A stretch of DNA of 64,000 bases, from the NCBI GenBank assembly GCA_009914755.4, contig CP068257.2, forward strand, positions 18,048,001-18,112,000. The letters are read 5' to 3'. Of the stretch, positions 55,546 to 64,000 are shown piece by piece. Within the stretch, counting starts at the first letter, position 1, and every line of letters starts with the position of its first letter. A program made the translations under genes and the position numbers. The notes below the pieces were generated by a model. The model was not told the origin of the DNA, did not search any database, and worked only from the letters and a program-made list of their open reading frames with translations. The DNA is from the human T2T-CHM13v2.0 reference genome, Homo sapiens.

Positions 55546-57300
55546 ATAATTTAAGAAACACTGGCAAAAGGATTAATAGTTGGCATATAAAAAATAGTCC
55601 CAAATTTTTTTAAAAAGTGGATACATGGATAGAAGAAAATATACAAATATTATGTTTTGACAAAGAAGAATCAATATAATAAAAAAGAAGATAAGAAAAG
55701 CAAAAAAGCGGATTAATCTCATTTTCTGATATATAGAAAATAAATGGCAAATAGTGCAATTAAATATTGATAATCAGGTATTAAAACACTAATTGAGAAA
55801 ATAGGAACTTACGGGCAATTTTAAAAGCCGTAAGAACAGAGGTTACAACTGGAATGAAAATAGAAACTTTCTTAAATGTTGATGTAACTTTAAAATTACA
55901 GAAGAAAGCACATGACATAGAGAAAGAAAGATTAACTCATGTATAATAAGCATAGTAAGTATAATGTAAACTAACGTAAAATTTAAGACACAATATATCA
56001 GCTTATCTACATATGTTAATGAATCTAACTCATTTATTGAAAGAAAAAGAAATCTAATCATAAGATAGATCAATTGATCATTTAATAGATCAATTCAAAA
56101 GGAAATGAACTATTCAAATACTAGAAGAAAACAAAGGTAAATTCCTCTCTAACTTATGGTTTGGAAAATATTTTTACATATGACTCAAATTCTGCATTCA
56201 AGAAAATGTAGATATCTCTGACTTTAAAAGATTTTAAAAAACTTTGTTTTCCAAACTACCATAAAAAACCAACAAGTGACAAAAGCAAATAACAAAAACT
56301 TAGAAGAAACTTGTAATAACAGAGATAAAGGATTAATGTATATTTTAAGAATATGAAACACTCTTAAAATTGAAGGAATCAAGACCAAAACCATACAGGA
56401 AAATAAACAAAACATGAATAGGGATGTCCCAAAATTATATAATGACCTTTAAAACATGATATATTTACATTCACTTATAATAGATGCATACATCTCAAAA
56501 CCATGCTGAGATACCACTTCTTGTCTGTCAGATTATCAAAAATTAAAATCTTGGTAACTTATTCCATTGGTGAGGCTATTACAAAACAGTCTCACAGATT
56601 CATACTTTATAAAAGAAAATTTGGCTATATTGAACAAACCTATATGTTTATACTGTTACTTAGAAATTTCACTGAATATAAGCTTCTGTAAATATAAAAA
56701 TAGTTCTTATAGCACCAGGTATAATTACAGAATACTGAAAACAAATTAGTTACCTGTATACAGGGCATTGCTTAAATACACTCTGATAAATACTCAGATG
56801 GCGGTAATAGCAGCTGCAAAAGAAATGTGGAAAATTTCTATTAACTGATATTGACTAACTTATAGGCTGTATTAATTACATTTAAAAAGAAGCCTTCAAA
56901 ATATTGTATTTTTTTCTATAAGAAAAAGAGGATGATAATTAAGTACTCATGCATCTGCTTAGTTTTACAAAGATCAACCCAGTAGAGATAAGCTAGACAA
57001 AATTCTAATTGATTATTTACAAGCGTGAGTAGGAACAGATTGGAAATGTTGGTGGTGATGGTTTGAGACTTCTCTATGTCTACCTTTTTTGTAGCTTTTA
57101 CTTTTTGAAACCACATTGCAAAATAAAACCAATGAGCTAGAAAAAAAATTAGAAATACAAACAGCAACTAAGGAAACTCTGTATTTCAAATGACTAATAT
57201 GACCAAGGTAAAAAAACAGGAAATAACTAACCAATGCAACTTAAAAACGGAGTATTGTATTGATACATCATCAGTTTACAAAGAAAAATAACCCTAGACA
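55546..57300 (+). mobile_element. Ancient, highly diverged L1 (L1M-type) ORF2 3' region, plus orientation. It may extend further in both directions
   Basis: Diverged but collinear matches to old-L1 ORF2: aaaggattaatgtatattttaagaatatgaaacactc...catgatatatttacattcacttataatagatgcatacatctcaaaaccatgctgagataccacttc (compare catgaaaagatgctcaacatcactaatcattagggaaatgcaaatcaaaaccacaatgagataccacttc). Also ttcttatagcaccaggtataattacagaatactgaaaacaaattagttacc (compare ttcatagcagcattattcacaatagccaaaaactggaaacaacccaaatgtcc). Confidence 0.4.
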
Positions 57301-58570
57301 AATACTGTACTATAGTTACTAGGTTTGGGTTTTTTTGGCTATGATATTGCTAGAAATTCTAAAACTACCCTAATTTTAGCTTTAAGCAAACAAATTATTA
57401 TACTGAGGATAAATGGAGCCAGATTTCTCACTGATGAAGAAATGAATTACGAATACGTAAATGGAAGGAGAGTAGACCCTGTGGTGTTTAACCAGGCATT
57501 TAGGTATCATTGTGAACACATGGTCAAAGTCTTTGTGGAGAGGTAGCTGATTTTAGGACTGGGCAAGTAAAGTACAAGATGAAATTAGAACATCTTCTTT
57601 TGTTAGAAAGCAAGTTGCATTAAAAATAAATAGGGCATTAAAAAATACACACTGAATTCAGTTTGAAGGGGTTTTTATTGGATAAATCTGGGGCAATTTG
57701 ACAATCAAAATTAATAATAATAAAGTATCAACAAATTAAAAACCAATAAATCAAATGAGAAATCATGTATTTATACATATGTAAATAAATACACAATTGT
57801 ATAAAGAGGGTAAAAGGAAAAATATTCATTTAGGGTGGAATTATACCTAATAAATGTACAGGAATGATAGAATTATGGAGATTTTTCAAACTGTCATTTA
57901 GCAGTCATCATATTAATAATTATTTCAAGTAAGATTCAGCAACTGATGCCAAAATAGATGGTAAAAGTTTGCTGAGAAGTAGGGCGTGAAAATTTTATAT
58001 ATATGTAAAAACATATATATCAGACTACCTATGCATACATAAACATAAACACATACACACATTTATATGAGAGAGAGAACAAATATAATAATATTTAAAA
58101 TAGAGAAATATGGTTGGAGGGTATATGGAAATTCTTAACACTATTCTTGCAAATTTGCTATAAGCTTTAAAGTATGTGGAAATAAAAAATTATAAAAATG
58201 AGAAATTGCTTTACCCACGTGACCCCAATTTTAGTTGCTACAAAATGGGATATAAAGTATAATTTCAATTATAAAAATGACGTATGTAAAAACCATAGTA
58301 TAGTTACAGACCACTATAGATTCTAGACAAATAACAGTTTTATCTTCTTTTTCAAAAGTGGCAAAATTGTTACATTTTAATTTTGCCAACTCATAAACAA
58401 TATCTGAACATTTTGTTTCTGCATTGCATATTATTACAACACTAACTCACAAACTTCTAACATAATAATTATTTTCTTCTTAAAAGTAGGGAATCTCTGC
58501 TTTAAAATATCTGAAACACTTTTCTAAGATGATAGAAGTTGTGTAGTTTAAAAATAAGACCTTGATTTTG

Positions 58571-58787
58571 GAAGCAGACATAGGTTCCGATTCGAGCTCA
58601 TACGTTTTCAACTGCTTGCTTTGACATAGTTACTTAGGCTCTCCACAGTTCAGTTTCATTGCCAGTATCATAAGAATAACTTAATTCTTATTTAATGGGT
58701 TTCTTGAAGCCCAAAGGAGAAATTCAAGAAAATACCTAGCACAATGCCTGTGCCATAAATAAATGTTAATACATATTAGCTATCACA
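58571..58787 (+). mobile_element. MIR SINE fragment (core and 3' region)
   Basis: ggaagcagacataggttccgattcgagctc...ttgacatagttacttaggctctccacagttcagtttcattgccagtatcataagaataacttaattcttatttaatgggtttcttgaagcc...agcacaatgcctgtgccataaataaatgttaatacatattagctatca. Compare the MIR consensus ...gtgaccttgggcaagttacttaacctctctgtgcctcagtttcctcatctgtaaaatggggataataatagtacc...agtgcctggcacatagtaagcgctcaataaatgttagctattatt. Confidence 0.7.
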
Positions 58788-61104
58788 ATGGATAAGGGTT
58801 ACACATAATTAATTGAGATTTTTAGGTATTGTTTCTTCTTAAACCACTACCTGTGGAACCCTTCCATAGATATAAAATCTTAACCAATTCATGATCTAAA
58901 ATTAAGTTGATGATTTGTGCTACTCGCACATTGAATAGAATGAGCATAGATTTTTTTCAATATCTTTCTTTTACAAGCAAAAGAAAAATAAAAGCAAAAC
59001 TCTAAAGTGAGTTCCTCAAAGTGACACTTCAAATGATTTTCTTTGTTCTCAGTTTCTACTCTCATTAGAAATGTTCTGAAAATATTTCACTCTCTCATCA
59101 ACTACCTGAGGGTTTTATAAGAACGTTTTTTAAATATTATTTGCAGGACAGAGATATACTGTTCAATTGAGAATGAAAAATGTCTCATACATTTATTTAA
59201 CTTGCCAATCTGTAATTTACTCACTGTCCATTTAAAAACATTTTTATTGTTATTTATTAAGCCTTACTCTGGAAGCCCAAATCCTTTATTTCATTATTGC
59301 AATAATAAAGCCAGCAATGCAAGAAGAGCGGAGAAAATTGGTTTTCCTATCGGTGTTTGAGGTCTACATTATTAGACTGCTTCTCTGTCTGCGGATACTC
59401 TGCACACTTTGAATACTGACTTCAAGGGTTTTAGAACATCGATGGGCTTTTAGTCAAAAAAAAAGTCTAAAATACAAATATTATTTTTAAAATTTAGCTG
59501 ATTATCTTAAGCAAAAATTAAGTTTTTTTCTTTTTTTAAATTTTTTGTCTGATATTTTGAACCCATAAAGAAATTAAAATTACATAGAATGTTTTTATGT
59601 CCTAAAACAAGGAGATAATAGCCATAGAGGTTTTATTAGGCAATTAGTAGCTATAAAACTGAAGGAATGGTAGGATGATTAATTTTTTTGATTTACTTAT
59701 TTAAAATCCAACCATAGGAAGAAGAAAATGATACTTCAAATGCTTTAAAAAATGAAGGTATCGTTTAACATATTAACATTATTTTAATAATAATATATTT
59801 ACATTATAATTATTTCTTAACACTGAAATATATGAAAATCTCTAAATCCTTTATCTGGAGTTTAAAAAGTTAAAATCTAAGCTATTTAAAAAATGAAATG
59901 CATATGTCTTTGAAAGACAAAAGCAATAATCTAATAGACTCCCATTTTCAAAGGAACAATAATTTTCTCTTAGGTATACCTCTGATCATAGATTTAGCAA
60001 TATCAAGGTAATTTGTAGCACAAAATAATACACCACTGGATGTTAAAGACTTAGATCAACAAAATTCACTAATCATCGTTCCAATTCTTTAATTTTATAG
60101 CTCCTAATTGCATAATAAAATCTCCATGACTATTATCTCTTCCTTTTATGACATATATACATTTTGTGTAATTTTAATTTAAGAATTCAAAATATCAGAC
60201 AAGAAATTCAGTATATAGCCTACAAAATACTGTAGTATAAAATAGGGCAAAGTACCACCGGGCCATTTAAGAAACCGTCTGATTTGTGTGACTTAGTACT
60301 TCTTTGCCTATGAAGCATAGTCTGAGTCTGAAAAACTGGTGACAGTTAAAAGTCTGCAGCGTTCCACTTTTTTGATTTTTATGGATCTGTACAGTGGTCC
60401 TTATCCTAGAAAATTAGCCATTGAATTCATTTGGGGCATCATGTGCCCTGAGCAATGTATTTTCAGGCCTGTGCATATCAATAATTTAAAGTAAAAGGGT
60501 GAAGCGCGATCAACAGTTAAGCTCTTAAAACGTGCCTTTTAATTAGAAAAGGGTGTTAAAATAAGGCAACACTTTAAAGTAAAATGATACCCATTTGTAA
60601 CATATTGGCAATTAAACTCACTTCTTTTTCATTATTCCTTAGACACCCCGTGCTGTACTTACAAGGCAATTCTAACTCTTTAAAGCTAGTTTTGAATCAC
60701 AAGCTTAAGCTGACAGTTACCAGGTTCCGTTTCTCATTCTTGGTCTTTAAGTTCCTACATGCTGCTTTTGAAAACTGAACAGACATTTCCTTCTTTAGAT
60801 ATTATGTTTCTTCAAAACATCATATTTATTTACAACAATTTATTGTCTATATTGTGCCAGCGAAAATATAATAAGATGTTAAGTAAACTTTATATTCAGT
60901 AGCCCGATGCTGTTGATAAGGTCTGAGGAATTTTAATTTTTAAATCTTACATGCAGTACACTTAAATGAATAATACCTTCTTCTTGATGCAGACTATGTA
61001 ACCTAAACATTCTTGACAAAGTGATGAGTTTGACCATTCCCTTGAGGTACATTTGCATCTATTTAAGTACAATTTAATAAGTGCCTACTCTTTGGCAGGC
61101 ATTG

Positions 61105-62960
<1,856 letters not shown>

Positions 62961-64000
62961 GTGAAAAACATTCTCTGCAAGGAAAAACCTTTTTATCTGC
63001 ATTGCATGTATAAAAAACACACAAATATTTCCATTTCAGAAAAGTAAATGAAATTTGTAATTAAAACCATTTTTATTACTAATAAATATAAACATCATAC
63101 TGTACATACTCTCAAATAAATGTTAGACTTTTTAAAAAATGTCCACTTTATGTAAGAAAATACTTCATGTATTTAGCAGAAGAATGATTGATCTAATTGC
63201 AGTATACAGCTCCAAAGAGTAGGAGTAAATATTTTGAAGAAAGCATGATAGTCTTTCTCATTCTCATATTGTATTCCTCCATGACTCTTATCTTTCTCAA
63301 TATCCTGGTAGCTTTCATAATTTATCAGAGCCATTTTTGAGGCTATTCATATGAAGGATTGATTACTGTGGAATTAATAAATGTCAAAGGTTTATACTTC
63401 TATCATTTCTTTATTTGACTAATATTTAATGGGCTCAATTATGCTCCAAGCATTTAGTTACCTTTGCATGCACTTTTGTCATGTGTTAGATTTACTTTCA
63501 CACCTCTGGGCCTTCACACATGACATTCCTCTTGTCTGGAATGACCTTTTCCTTATTCTTTACTTGAATTTTTAATTTGCCTTTAGGTCTTAAGCAAGGT
63601 TTGACCTCAAGGAAGCTTTCTCAAACTCTCTGGTGCAGTGTGATTAAAAATGTTCCTCTTCAGGAGTCACAGAGGATTCTTTGCTATATCTGTAAGTGTA
63701 CTTATTTCTACATATTATAATAATTAATTTTTTCTGCCCTATGATCAGATTCTCTATAACAGCCAAGAGTTAAGGGTTTCAAAATTATTTATTTAAATGA
63801 ATTCACTATACACTTCAGATAGTTCTTAGAAATAATCATAAATTTAGAATTTTGCATGTTTGTCATTTACATGTAGTTTTGAAGGATCACAATTTCTAAA
63901 GTCGTTTCTACTATGTTTCATTAAACTATTTGTTGAAGAATTATATGTGCCACATAATGTGATAGAAACTGAAATTGGACCATATAAAATGACTATATAA

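Noticed and set aside
57325-57546. 73-aa ORF MGFFGYDIARNSKTTLILALSKQIIILRINGARFLTDEEMNYEYVNGRRVDPVVFNQAFRYHCEHMVKVFVER
   Set aside because: It sits inside the AT-rich ancient L1M region. I recognise no protein similarity, and there are no splice or promoter signals. Treated as a chance ORF.
55546-58200. Whether the ancient L1M should be extended to about 58200, or upstream to about 53200 with the L1PA nested inside it
   Set aside because: Similarity to L1 becomes too weak to judge by eye outside 55546-57300. Left as a lower-confidence, conservatively bounded call.

Overview
This window is primate (almost certainly human) nuclear DNA. The evidence is about ten Alu SINEs, young L1PA-type LINEs, a full-length THE1-type MaLR element and Tigger DNA transposons. 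It is not a prokaryotic locus. The region is AT-rich, CpG-poor and gene-poor, with no CpG island, no credible multi-exon gene, no rRNA or functional tRNA gene, and no CRISPR array. The ORFs in the six-frame track are almost all chance ORFs in AT-rich or repeat DNA. The ORFs with recognisable protein identity are L1 ORF2 fragments (45140-47437 and 53787-55315) and a decayed Tigger1 (pogo-like) transposase remnant on the minus strand (34776-35742), which is not in the track. About half the window can be assigned by eye to interspersed repeats. The main items are a complete THE1 element with both LTRs (19007-21283), a 5'-truncated L1PA (44935-47437, minus strand), and a second L1PA insertion with a twin-priming-type 5' inversion (53784-55545) next to an old L1M. 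There are also several solo MaLR LTRs, a Tigger1 and a Tigger3-like transposon each carrying a nested Alu, a MIR, and numerous microsatellites and minisatellites. I found no previously undescribed biological system. The most unusual local features are a 34-bp tRNA-Cys(GCA)-like 5'-half fragment flanked by perfect 18-bp direct repeats (48521-48590), a 38-39 bp tandem array (49345-49585), a possible solo ERV LTR with promoter and polyadenylation signals (47966-48426), and an E/K/S-rich exon-like ORF with a downstream AATAAA (52219-52657). Repeat family names are from memory of consensus sequences. Subfamily assignments and exact boundaries need RepeatMasker/Dfam.
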